A DNA stretch of 27,610 nt. Origin: a virus. Lineage: Duplodnaviria; Heunggongvirae; Uroviricota; Caudoviricetes. The stretch lies in the IMG/VR virus record IMGVR_UViG_2529292919_000027; one strand, given 5' to 3'. The position numbers were made by a program, and so were the translations under genes. The notes beneath the pieces are model-generated. The model had not been told where the DNA came from. It searched no databases and was given only the letters and a program-made list of their open reading frames with translations. Shown here piece by piece: positions 16,875 to 25,362 of the stretch; position 1 is the stretch's first letter, and every line of letters begins with the position of its first letter.

Positions 16875-17047
16875 CGGTAAAACTGCGCCTGGCTGTGGCT
16901 GCACTCCTGCTGTTTCTGGTGGTGATGGTGGATTTCACCAGCAGAATCATGTCGGTGCTGGCGGATGGGGTGCTGGTCTGCGGCATTGTGGTATTGCTGT
17001 GGCCGGTGATAAAAAGAAACAGCCTGCATAATGCTTGATTTTTTTAT
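16871..17047 (+). CDS. small membrane protein (58 aa, two predicted TM segments) coupled to TerB-like gene
   Basis: GTG overlapping TerB stop (GTGA); two hydrophobic stretches; short, so uncertain. Confidence 0.4.
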
Positions 17048-17352
17048 TTGCTGTTTATTAAAAATACTACTGCATGGTGAATCCCCCTGTGCGGAGGGGC
17101 GATCAGCAACCAGGTATATGGGATAATCGCGGATTCAGGTGCTGATACTGAATTCACCGGGAGGCACCCGGCACCATGCTTTGCCGCAAAAGTGTTGTTT
17201 CTGTTTTTCTCAAACTATCATCGTTATCCCTTTATTTCCGGCTGCGCATGGCGTGGCCTTTTTTTTACGACCAGCCACTGGCAGATGGCCATCCTGTAAT
17301 TTGATTCCGGTTCCGGCTTTTTAACTCTGTTCCTGTACACGGGAGAAATTCG

Positions 17353-19206
17353 ATGTCGATTAAACATTATGATGTTGTCAGGGCGGCGTCGCCGTCAGAC
17401 CTTGCGGAAAAGCTGACACACAAACTGAAAGAGGGCTGGCAGCCGTTTGGTAGTCCGGTGGCCATAACCCCTTATACCCTGATGCAGGCGATTACAGCAG
17501 AAGGTGATGTGGTGGTCAGTGGTGCAACTGAGCCGGATTGGTACTACGTCATCGTACTGGCCGGGCAGTCCAATGCCATGGCTTACGGTGAAGGGCTTCC
17601 GCTGCCGGATTCATACGATGCTCCGGATCCGCGCATTAAACAGCTGGCGCGCCGCAGTACAGTTACGCCGGGTGGGGCTGCATGCAGATATAACGATATT
17701 ATTCCGGCCGACCACTGCCTGCATGATGTGCAGGATATGAGTACGCTGAATCATCCGAAGGCAGACCTGAGCAAAGGGCAGTACGGCTGTGTCGGCCAGG
17801 GCTTACATATTGCCAAAAAACTGCTCCCGTATATCCCGAATAACGCGGGGATCCTGCTGGTACCATGCTGTCGTGGTGGTTCGGCATTCACCCAGGGCGC
17901 GGAGGGGACATTCAGTGCGGACACGGGGGCCAGCCAGGATTCGGCACGCTGGGGTGTGGGTAAACCGTTATATCAGGACCTGATTGCGCGCACTAAAGCT
18001 GCATTACAGAAGAACCCGAAAAATGTGTTGCTGGCGGTGTGCTGGATGCAGGGAGAGTTTGACATGAGCGCCGCCACCCACGCACAGCAACCTGCGCTGT
18101 TTACAGCCATGCTGACACAGTTTCGTGCTGACCTCTCCGTGTTTAACGCGCAGTGCCATGGTGGCAGTGCTGCAGATGTGCCGTGGATTTGTGGTGACAC
18201 GACGTATTACTGGAAAAATACATACGCTACCCAGTACGACACCGTGTACGGCGGGTATAAAAACAGGGAGAGTGAGGGCGTTTATTTTGTGCCCTTCATG
18301 ACAGACGGTAACGGCGTCAATACCGCCACTAACGCACCGGCAGAAGATCCGGATATTCCGGCATCAGGATATTACGGTGCGGCATCGAGAACGAATGGAA
18401 ACCAGGTATCATCAAACCGCCCGACACATTTCAGTTCATGGGCGCGCAGGAGCATTATTCCGGATCGTATGGCAACCGCTATTCTGAACGCAGCCGGGCG
18501 CACCTCAGCTTTCATCAGTGGTAAGGCACCGGAAATCAAACCCTCGCCCGGCGGCAACACGCCATCGGGGCCGTCTGAAGATGCATCCGTACGCACAATC
18601 TCCCTGTTGCCGACAGCCGGAGAGGCTGCTGCGCAGGGCTGGACCATTAAGGACGGCGGAATTCAGTTGTCGGGTGGTGTATTTAAGATCGCCAAGCAGA
18701 GCAATAAAACCTGGTCCCTGATGCATCCGGTGGATGACGCAGTCTCCCTGCTGACACGGGGTGGCAGACTGAGCTGTAAGTTTCGACTGTCAGGCGCACT
18801 GACCAACAACCAGTTCGGCCTGGGAATTTATCTGTATACCGATGTAGCGTTACCTGACGTCGTGGCGATGACCGGGACTGGTAACCCGTTCCTGATGTCG
18901 TTCTTCACCCAGACCACAGACGGCAAACTGAATCTGATGCATCACAAGAAAGCAGGAAACACAAAGTTGGGCGAGTTCGGGAATTACAGTAATGACTGGC
19001 AGACGCTGGAACTGGTGTTCACCGCCGGCAGTGCCACGGTTACTCCGAAACTGAATGGAGTGGCTGGCCCGGCATTCCAGGTCATAAAAGACAGTCTGAC
19101 ACTGGGGCTGAATGCGCTGACGCTGACGGATATTACCAAAAATGCAGCGTATGGCGTTGAGATAGAAAGTCTGGTGCTGGAGATAAATGCACCGGCATCA
19201 TCATAA
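17353..19206 (+). CDS. nanS: prophage sialate O-acetylesterase NanS-p-like (DUF1737 + SGNH/SASA esterase)
   Basis: N-terminal DUF1737-like segment and VIVLAGQSNAMAYG esterase motif; position matches nanS-p of Stx phages. Confidence 0.8.
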   Translation: MSIKHYDVVRAASPSDLAEKLTHKLKEGWQPFGSPVAITPYTLMQAITAEGDVVVSGATEPDWYYVIVLAGQSNAMAYGEGLPLPDSYDAPDPRIKQLARRSTVTPGGAACRYNDIIPADHCLHDVQDMSTLNHPKADLSKGQYGCVGQGLHIAKKLLPYIPNNAGILLVPCCRGGSAFTQGAEGTFSADTGASQDSARWGVGKPLYQDLIARTKAALQKNPKNVLLAVCWMQGEFDMSAATHAQQPALFTAMLTQFRADLSVFNAQCHGGSAADVPWICGDTTYYWKNTYATQYDTVYGGYKNRESEGVYFVPFMTDGNGVNTATNAPAEDPDIPASGYYGAASRTNGNQVSSNRPTHFSSWARRSIIPDRMATAILNAAGRTSAFISGKAPEIKPSPGGNTPSGPSEDASVRTISLLPTAGEAAAQGWTIKDGGIQLSGGVFKIAKQSNKTWSLMHPVDDAVSLLTRGGRLSCKFRLSGALTNNQFGLGIYLYTDVALPDVVAMTGTGNPFLMSFFTQTTDGKLNLMHHKKAGNTKLGEFGNYSNDWQTLELVFTAGSATVTPKLNGVAGPAFQVIKDSLTLGLNALTLTDITKNAAYGVEIESLVLEINAPASS

Positions 19207-19288
19207 AAAGTGAGCCAGCCAAATGGAAGGTATCGTTAAACTCACCGGTAGTGTCAGTGGGTCGTCTGAGATGCCTGCATGAGTTATC

Positions 19289-19323
19289 AGAGCCATCAGT
19301 ACTTAACTGGTGGCTTTTTTTAT
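19289..19323 (+). terminator. intrinsic terminator between nanS-p and holin
   Basis: agccatcag ... ctggtggct stem followed by T8. Confidence 0.5.
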
Positions 19324-19356
19324 TGCTGTCAGCTTCCGGATAACGGGAGACGGGGT

Positions 19357-19572
19357 ATGTACCAGATGGAAAAAATCACAACAGGTGTGTCATACACCAC
19401 GTCAGCGGTGGGAACGGGCTACTGGTTCCTGCAGTTGCTGGACAGGGTTTCCCCGTCTCAGTGGGCGGCAATAGGCGTGCTGGGGAGTCTGCTGTTTGGG
19501 CTGCTGACATATCTGACTAACCTGTATTTCAAAATCAGAGAGGACCGTCGTAAGGCGGCGCGGGGGGAGTAA
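19357..19572 (+). CDS. class II holin, S21-like pinholin with dual start
   Basis: 71 aa with MYQMEK dual-start, sequence very close to phage 21 S (…[45 protein letters not shown]). Confidence 0.85.
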   Translation: MYQMEKITTGVSYTTSAVGTGYWFLQLLDRVSPSQWAAIGVLGSLLFGLLTYLTNLYFKIREDRRKAARGE

Positions 19573-19576
19573 AGCG

Positions 19577-19615
19577 ATGAAGAAAAAATACGAACTGGGT
19601 GTTAAAGGGATAAAT
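19577..19615 (+). pseudogene. 5' fragment of a YdfR/DUF1327-like gene interrupted by IS66
   Basis: ATG 19577 reads MKKKYELGVKGIN then enters the IS; continues in frame after the IS if one target-site duplication copy is removed. Confidence 0.5.
19608..19615. repeat. left 8-bp target site duplication GGATAAAT
   Basis: Left copy reads GGATAAAT immediately before the IS inverted repeat; the right copy is inferred. Confidence 0.55.
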
Positions 19616-19668
19616 GTAACCGGCTCATTTAAACCGTCTGGTCTGTTTCCTCCGGCTCTACAAAAATA

Positions 19669-20010
19669 ATGTCCATCATTTTTAATGGACACTATCGTAT
19701 GAAACACCGGACCTGGATCACTGAAGCTTTACGTCTTCACTTTGAAGAACATTTACCCCGGGTTGTGGCCGGGCGTCGCCTGGGTGTACCAAAATCAACA
19801 GTTTGTAGTATGTTCGTGCGCTTTCGGAGAGCTGGCCTTTCGTGGCCTTTGCCCGCAGGCATGTCGGAGCAGGAACTTGATGCCTGCCTTTACGGACAAT
19901 TTTCCACGGTACCAGTCGTACGTCCTGAAAGCACCGTTATATCCGAAGCCCCCGTGGTAAAAAACGTCCCCGGCGGCCCAACTTCCCTTATGAGTTTAAA
20001 ATCGCCTTAG
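19669..20010 (+). CDS. IS-encoded HTH ORF upstream of tnpA (possibly the frameshifted N-terminal part of tnpA)
   Basis: 113-aa ORF with HTH-like RRLGVPKSTV; ends where the tnpA frame opens. Confidence 0.4.
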   Translation: MSIIFNGHYRMKHRTWITEALRLHFEEHLPRVVAGRRLGVPKSTVCSMFVRFRRAGLSWPLPAGMSEQELDACLYGQFSTVPVVRPESTVISEAPVVKNVPGGPTSLMSLKSP

Positions 20011-20345
20011 TGGAGCAGTCACTGCAGCCCGGAGCCTGTGTGGCGCAGATCGCCCGGGAAAACGGAATCAACGATAACCTGCTCTTCAACTGGCGCCATC
20101 AATACCGGAAAGGTGGCCTGCTGCCTTCCGGAAAAAATATGCCGGCACTGCTTCCCGTGACGTTAACGCCGGAGCCGGATAATAAAATCCCGGCCCCCGC
20201 ACAGGAACCAGAGCAGATAAATACACCGTCCGACAGTCTGTGTTGTGAGCTGGTTCTGCCGGCCGGAACTCTCAGGCTTAAAGGTAAACTGACGCCGGCG
20301 TTATTACAGACACTTATCCGCGAAATAAAAGGGAGCAGCCACTGA
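20010..20345 (+). CDS. tnpA: IS66-family accessory protein TnpA (orfA), start uncertain
   Basis: PRRPNFPYEFK...VAQIARENGINDNLLFNWRHQYRKG HTH motif; frame open from 19929 without ATG; ORF track start is GTG at 20010. Confidence 0.6.
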   Translation: MEQSLQPGACVAQIARENGINDNLLFNWRHQYRKGGLLPSGKNMPALLPVTLTPEPDNKIPAPAQEPEQINTPSDSLCCELVLPAGTLRLKGKLTPALLQTLIREIKGSSH

Positions 20346-20692
20346 TGATATCTCTCCCTGCAGGTTCGCGTATCTGGCTGGTTGCAGGTATCACCGATAT
20401 GCGAAATGGCTTTAACGGCCTGGCATCAAAAGTTCAGAACGTCCTGAAGGATGACCCGTTCTCCGGACACCTGTTCATCTTCCGCGGACGCCGGGGTGAC
20501 CAGATAAAAGTGTTGTGGGCTGACAGTGACGGACTGTGCCTCTTCACCAAACGCCTGGAGCGGGGCCGCTTCGTCTGGCCAGTCACCCGTGACGGCAAGG
20601 TGCACCTTACTCCGGCTCAGTTATCCATGCTTCTTGAAGGTATCAACTGGAAGCACCCGAAACGAACGGAACGCGCTGGAATCCGCATATAA
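20345..20692 (+). CDS. tnpB: IS66-family TnpB (Orf2)
   Basis: Recalled IS66 Orf2 sequence (MISLPAGSRIWLVAGITDMR...HLFIFRGRRGD.IKVLWAD.DGLCLFTKRLE). Confidence 0.85.
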   Translation: MISLPAGSRIWLVAGITDMRNGFNGLASKVQNVLKDDPFSGHLFIFRGRRGDQIKVLWADSDGLCLFTKRLERGRFVWPVTRDGKVHLTPAQLSMLLEGINWKHPKRTERAGIRI

Positions 20693-20711
20693 CCCGTTGT
20701 AAAGTGAGGAT

Positions 20712-22283
20712 ATGGACACCTCACTTGCTCATGAGAACGCCCGCCTGCGGGCACTGTTGCAGACGCAACAGGACACCATCCGCCAGATGGCTGAATACAA
20801 CCGCCTGCTCTCACAGCGGGTGGCGGCTTATGCTTCCGAAATCAACCGGCTGAAGGCGCTGGTTGCGAAACTGCAACGTATGCAGTTCGGTAAAAGCTCA
20901 GAAAAACTTCGTGCAAAAACCGAACGGCAGATACAGGAAGCACAGGAGCGAATCAGCGCACTTCAGGAAGAAATGGCGGAAACGCTGGGTGAGCAATATG
21001 ACCCGGTACTGCCATCCGCCCTGCGCCAGTCTTCAGCCCGTAAACCGTTACCGGCCTCACTTCCCCGTGAAACCCGGGTTATCCGGCCGGAAGAGGAATG
21101 CTGTCCTGCCTGTGGTGGTGAACTCAGTTCTCTGGGATGTGATGTGTCAGAGCAACTGGAGCTTATCAGCAGCGCCTTTAAGGTTATCGAAACACAACGT
21201 CCGAAACAGGCCTGTTGCCGGTGCGACCATATCGTGCAGGCACCAGTACCTTCAAAACCCATTGCACGCAGTTATGCCGGAGCGGGGCTTCTGGCCCATG
21301 TTGTCACCGGGAAATATGCAGACCATCTGCCGTTATACCGCCAGTCAGAAATATACCGTCGTCAGGGAGTGGAGCTGAGCCGTGCCACACTGGGGCGCTG
21401 GACAGGTGCTGTTGCTGAACTGCTGGAGCCGCTGTATGACGTCCTGCGCCAGTATGTGCTGATGCCCGGTAAAGTCCATGCTGATGATATCCCCGTCCCG
21501 GTCCAGGAGCCGGGCAGCGGTAAAACCCGGACAGCCCGGCTGTGGGTCTACGTCCGTGATGACCGTAACGCCGGTTCACAGATGCCCCCGGCGGTCTGGT
21601 TCGCGTACAGTCCGGACCGGAAAGGTATCCATCCACAAAATCACCTGGCCGGTTACAGCGGTGTGCTTCAGGCCGATGCTTACGGTGGTTACCGGGCGTT
21701 ATACGAATCCGGCAGAATAACGGAAGCCGCGTGTATGGCTCATGCCCGGAGAAAAATCCACGATGTGCATGCAAGAGCGCCCACCTACATCACCACGGAA
21801 GCCCTGCAGCGTATCGGTGAACTGTATGCCATCGAGGCAGAGGTCCGGGGCTGTTCAGCAGAACAGCGTCTGGCGGCAAGAAAAGCCAGAGCCGCGCCAC
21901 TGATGCAGTCACTGTATGACTGGATACAGCAACAGATGAAAACACTGTCGCGTCACTCAGATACGGCAAAAGCGTTCGCATACCTGCTGAAACAGTGGGA
22001 TGCACTGAACGTGTACTGCAGTAATGGCTGGGTGGAAATCGACAACAACATCGCAGAGAACGCCTTACGGGGAGTGGCCGTAGGCCGGAAAAACTGGATG
22101 TTCGCGGGTTCCGACAGCGGTGGTGAACATGCGGCGGTGTTGTACTCGCTGATCGGCACATGCCGTCTGAACAATGTGGAGCCAGAAAAGTGGCTGCGTT
22201 ACGTCATTGAACATATCCAGGACTGGCCGGCAAACCGGGTACGCGATCTGTTGCCCTGGAAAGTTGATCTGAGCTCTCAGTAA
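20712..22283 (+). CDS. tnpC: IS66-family transposase TnpC
   Basis: N-terminal leucine zipper, CPACGGEL zinc motif, DDE region; 523 aa. Confidence 0.85.
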   Translation: MDTSLAHENARLRALLQTQQDTIRQMAEYNRLLSQRVAAYASEINRLKALVAKLQRMQFGKSSEKLRAKTERQIQEAQERISALQEEMAETLGEQYDPVLPSALRQSSARKPLPASLPRETRVIRPEEECCPACGGELSSLGCDVSEQLELISSAFKVIETQRPKQACCRCDHIVQAPVPSKPIARSYAGAGLLAHVVTGKYADHLPLYRQSEIYRRQGVELSRATLGRWTGAVAELLEPLYDVLRQYVLMPGKVHADDIPVPVQEPGSGKTRTARLWVYVRDDRNAGSQMPPAVWFAYSPDRKGIHPQNHLAGYSGVLQADAYGGYRALYESGRITEAACMAHARRKIHDVHARAPTYITTEALQRIGELYAIEAEVRGCSAEQRLAARKARAAPLMQSLYDWIQQQMKTLSRHSDTAKAFAYLLKQWDALNVYCSNGWVEIDNNIAENALRGVAVGRKNWMFAGSDSGGEHAAVLYSLIGTCRLNNVEPEKWLRYVIEHIQDWPANRVRDLLPWKVDLSSQ

Positions 22284-22313
22284 ATATCAATACGGTTCTG
22301 ACGAGTCGCTTAC

Positions 22314-22321
22314 GGATAAAT
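22314..22321. repeat. right 8-bp target site duplication (GGATAAAT inferred)
   Basis: My reading gives ggataaaa here; ORF-track frame implies one extra base, consistent with GGATAAAT. Confidence 0.45.
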
Positions 22322-22627
22322 AATTACCCGGATAAGATTACTGTTACTGTGGCACTGGAAATTGGTGGGTATCCGTCACTGTTGTTGCCAGATGTGGCGA
22401 TTAGTCTTGACCGTACTGAAGGTGCCACGCTGGAGTTTTACGAAGCTGAGGCGAAAAAGCAGGCGAAGCAGTTTTTCATGGATGTTGCTGCCGGGTTATG
22501 TGAAGGGGATGGTCCGTTGCCGGAAAAGCGGCCCATCATTTTAGAGGCGCAGGATGTGTTGATAACCTACAGAGGAAAACTACCGGGAATAATTACTGGT
22601 TCTCTGAAGACTCCACCGCTGGCCTGA
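22322..22627 (+). pseudogene. 3' fragment of the IS-interrupted YdfR/DUF1327-like gene
   Basis: ORF track 22349..22627 (…ALEIGGYPSLLLPDVAISLDRTEGATLEFYEAEAKKQAK…); in frame with the 5' fragment across the IS. Confidence 0.5.
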
Positions 22628-22677
22628 AGACTTAATATATCCAGGGATTTGAAATCGATAAACCCTGATAAATATCC

Positions 22678-23211
22678 ATGAACGCAAAAATCAGATACGG
22701 CCTGTCGGCTGCCGTTCTGGCGCTGATTGGTGCAGGGGCGTCTGCGCCTGAAATCCTCGACCAGTTTCTTGACGAAAAAGAAGGTAACCACACCACGGCA
22801 TACCGTGATGGTGCGGGTATCTGGACCATCTGCCGCGGTGCCATCCTGGTGGATGGTAAACCTGTCGTCCCGGGCATGAAGTTGTCGAAGGAAAAATGCG
22901 ACCAGGTTAACGCCATTGAACGTGATAAGGCGCTGGCATGGGTGGAGAAAAACATCAGAGTGCCACTGACCGAACCCCAGAAAGCGGGGATTGCGTCATT
23001 CTGTCCGTACAACATTGGTCCTGGTAAGTGTTTCCCGTCGACGTTTTACAGACGAATTAATGCAGGTGATCGCAGGGGAGCGTGTGAGGCGATTCGCTGG
23101 TGGATTAAGGACGGTGGCAGAGACTGCCGTATTCGTTCAAACAACTGTTACGGTCAGGTATCCCGTCGTGACCAGGAGAGCGCGCTGGCGTGCTGGGGTA
23201 TCGACAGATAA
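22678..23211 (+). CDS. SAR endolysin (T4-lysozyme-like, GH24)
   Basis: N-terminal signal-anchor-release segment (GLSAAVLALIGAGASAP), catalytic region resembling R21/P1 Lyz. Confidence 0.8.
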   Translation: MNAKIRYGLSAAVLALIGAGASAPEILDQFLDEKEGNHTTAYRDGAGIWTICRGAILVDGKPVVPGMKLSKEKCDQVNAIERDKALAWVEKNIRVPLTEPQKAGIASFCPYNIGPGKCFPSTFYRRINAGDRRGACEAIRWWIKDGGRDCRIRSNNCYGQVSRRDQESALACWGIDR

Positions 23212-23299
23212 GCAGAATATTTTGCTGAAAAATAAGGCATGGCCACGCGGGCGGATAACACGAAATCCTGCGAACTGGCGAAACGTAAGTGAATAAAAG

Positions 23300-23340
23300 T
23301 AAAAACCCCGTTTGTTGGCACCAAGCGGGGTTTTGTGTTT
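23300..23340 (+). terminator. intrinsic terminator after endolysin
   Basis: ccccgtttg ... caagcgggg stem with T-rich tail; A-run upstream. Confidence 0.45.
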
Positions 23341-23367
23341 CTGACCTTGAGTAAGGCAAGGGAGAAC

Positions 23368-23550
23368 ATGGCGAAGTATAAACGAATTCTGTTGAGGTTG
23401 ACTATGAAAAATGGCCTTGAACTGAAAGCGCCTGTAACTGATGACATCAGCAGAGCACTGGCTTTTGCCATTAAGTGGGTGGCGGTCGGTGTTGCTGTGT
23501 CCCCGATGCTGTATGGGCTGGCAAAACTGGTCATTGCGTTGAAATCGTGA
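23368..23550 (+). CDS. small protein with C-terminal TM segment (60 aa)
   Basis: ATG after AGGGAG; hydrophobic C-terminus; lies between endolysin and Rz. Confidence 0.4.
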   Translation: MAKYKRILLRLTMKNGLELKAPVTDDISRALAFAIKWVAVGVAVSPMLYGLAKLVIALKS

Positions 23551-23564
23551 AGGGAGGATTAAGC

Positions 23565-23696
23565 ATGTCAGACAAACTCATAACGCTGGCGAAGATCCTC
23601 TGTGTAATTGTCGGCATTTCATTTTCACTAATGCTGGTTGCTCTTTTTCTTTCCATGGCCTGGATGATGTTGTCTTCGTCGGGGTTGCTGGGGTGA
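23565..23696 (+). CDS. small hydrophobic membrane peptide (43 aa)
   Basis: ATG after AGGGAGG; single TM; stop overlaps Rz start region. Confidence 0.4.
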   Translation: MSDKLITLAKILCVIVGISFSLMLVALFLSMAWMMLSSSGLLG

Positions 23697-23707
23697 ACAT
23701 AAACCGA

Positions 23708-24166
23708 ATGCTTTCCGCGTTTATCGTTATTCTGCTGGTGGCCTGTGGTGCGCTGTGGATGGCAACAGACCATTACCGTGATAACGCGATTACCTACAAA
23801 GCGCAGCGCGATAACAAAGCCAGTGAACTGAAGCTGGCGAACGCAACCATTACTGATATGCAGGTGCGCCAGCGCGATGTTGCTGCGCTCGATGCAAAAT
23901 ACTCGAGGGAATTATCCGATGCGAGAGCTGAAAATGAAACTCTGCGCGCTGATGTTGCCGCTGGTCGTAAGCGCCTGCGGATCAACGCCACCTGTCCAGG
24001 CTCCGTGCGTGAAGCCCCCACCACCTCCGGCGTGGATAATGCAACCGGCCCCCAACTGGCAGACACCGTTACACGGGATTATTTCACCCTCAGAGAGCGG
24101 CTGATGACGATGCACAAGCAACTGGAAGGGGCACAGGACTATATCCGCACTCAGTGCCTGAAATAA
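23708..24166 (+). CDS. Rz: Rz i-spanin
   Basis: N-terminal [17 protein letters not shown]...DVAAGR.RL motif matching Rz; ORF track 23693..24166. Confidence 0.8.
   Translation: MLSAFIVILLVACGALWMATDHYRDNAITYKAQRDNKASELKLANATITDMQVRQRDVAALDAKYSRELSDARAENETLRADVAAGRKRLRINATCPGSVREAPTTSGVDNATGPQLADTVTRDYFTLRERLMTMHKQLEGAQDYIRTQCLK
23919..24104 (+). CDS. Rz1: Rz1 o-spanin lipoprotein (embedded in Rz, +1 frame)
   Basis: Lipobox LVVSAC and [14 protein letters not shown] proline-rich motif as in lambda Rz1. Confidence 0.75.
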   Translation: MRELKMKLCALMLPLVVSACGSTPPVQAPCVKPPPPPAWIMQPAPNWQTPLHGIISPSESG

Positions 24167-24516
24167 GTTTTGTTGATGCGCCGTATCGTCGCTGTATTCC
24201 CTCATTAACAGAGACCGCAGCCCGACAGGGAGACTCCTCTGCGCGAGTGTGCGGGGATAATCAAAAACGATACACACCGGGGTTTACCGCGTTAACGGAG
24301 CGCGGCGTTGTCCCCTCATAGTCGCCTGTCCGGTGCGATGGTGGAAGAAGCCGGATGTTTATCACTATTAATTGATGACACAGAAATGGATTCATTGAAT
24401 TTCAGCACGTTTTTGTATTCGTGTTATTGAACATCTGTTTATTTTACTTTTAACATATTGATAATAAAAAGAGCTGTAAATCTTTAGATGAGTCGATTTT
24501 GTCCGGGGAAGTTCAA

Positions 24517-24657
24517 ATGGATTTTATGCTGACGGTTTCTGGTGTGGTTATCCTGTCCATTGCTTATACTGCAGATAAATATGGCTGCCATTTGTTATCA
24601 CGTATTGGCGCTTATTGTTCGTTGATGCTGATTTTCTCGTCGCTTTTTTTTGAGTAA
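24517..24657 (+). CDS. possible small hydrophobic peptide (46 aa)
   Basis: ATG after GGGGA RBS; possible extended -10 TGATAAT upstream; AT-rich island. Confidence 0.25.
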   Translation: MDFMLTVSGVVILSIAYTADKYGCHLLSRIGAYCSLMLIFSSLFFE

Positions 24658-24789
24658 GTTATATTAATTATAACAAATAATTTTCTGTGTTATTTTTTCA
24701 GGCTATCCCGTCAGAGGGGAAGCCTGTACTGCCGGGGAGCGAATGGAAAACTGATGTGTCCGGTAACTGCGTGTTCTGTGAACACCATG

Positions 24790-24975
24790 TTACTTAATTA
24801 TGTAATTCATACCCGAACTCTCTGTTGACAGCCTTCTTCTGCAGGCTTCAATAACCCACGCTGAAAAGTTTCCTGAACCTTTCAGATCAAGAGCGATGTT
24901 AATTTGTTCAATCATCTGGTTTGGAAATCGGATGTTGCGGGTTGTTGTTCTGCGGGTTCTGTTCTTTGATGACAT
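24790..24975 (-). CDS. ribbon-helix-helix (CopG/Arc-like) DNA-binding protein
   Basis: Basic N-terminus, predicted beta-strand TRNIRFP then two helices; GGGGA RBS; palindromic site upstream. Confidence 0.5.
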   Translation of the reverse strand: MSSKNRTRRTTTRNIRFPNQMIEQINIALDLKGSGNFSAWVIEACRRRLSTESSGMNYIIK

Positions 24976-25037
24976 AATGTTTCCCCATATTCAGTGTTGC
25001 TGATTTGTATTATCTGAAGTTGCTTTTACGTTAATTT

Positions 25038-25080
25038 GACGCAGATCAATTAATACGATACCTGCGTCATAATTGATTAT
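25038..25080. promoter_or_regulatory. nested palindrome upstream of the RHH gene (candidate operator)
   Basis: gacgcag ... ctgcgtc and atcaattaat ... ataattgat inverted repeats. Confidence 0.3.
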
Positions 25081-25159
25081 TTCTCGTGGTTTGATGGCGT
25101 ACACACATGTTGTGATAAACCTTATATAGATGATAATCATTATCATTTCGTGGGTCCTT

Positions 25160-25360
25160 TCCGGCGATCCGACCGGTTACGGGGCGGCGACCTCGCGGGT
25201 TTTCGCTATTTATGAAAATTTTTAGGGAAAAATCAGATCCGTTCTTCTTCTTTTTAACTGTTTGATTATCAATAGAATTTTAAAAATATAAAAGGATCTG
25301 ACAAAGGCTGTTTTTGTTAGAAAACGCCATTTTCAGATCCTTTCTGGTTCCCGGGGGAGT
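25160..25360. promoter_or_regulatory. cos site: cosN (cohesive end GGGCGGCGACCT at about 25182-25193) and cosB-like repeats
   Basis: Sequence ccggcgatccgac.ggttacggggcggcgacctcgcgggttttcgctatttatgaaaattt matches the recalled lambda cos junction; cagatcc/ggatctg repeats downstream. Confidence 0.75.
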
Positions 25361-25362
25361 GT

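Larger units (their letters stand above)
19616..22313 (+). mobile_element. IS66-family insertion sequence (about 2.7 kb)
   Basis: Imperfect terminal inverted repeats (gtaaccggctc... left; ...gtcgcttac right, GTAAGCG-type), tnpA/tnpB/tnpC gene order, 8-bp flanking duplication. Confidence 0.85.

Noticed and set aside
15251-17285. 11-bp inverted repeat CCAGTGGCTGG / CCAGCCACTGG bracketing the tRNA and cargo region
   Set aside because: An 11-mer match is expected by chance many times in a 27-kb window on two strands; the left copy is simply part of a terminator stem. Not evidence of a cassette boundary.
17139-17324. 61-aa ORF in the nanS-p upstream region
   Set aside because: No RBS, Cys/Phe-rich low-complexity translation; more likely noncoding leader or promoter region.
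15700-17350. Possible Shiga toxin genes between the tRNAs and nanS-p
   Set aside because: No ORF of stxA size (about 315 aa) or with an A/B-subunit signal-peptide architecture is present; the slot holds unrelated small ORFs.
22349-22627. Treating ORF 22349..22627 as an independent intact gene with a GTG start
   Set aside because: It joins in frame with the truncated ORF at 19577 across the IS66 element once one duplication copy is removed, so it is better explained as the 3' part of an interrupted gene.
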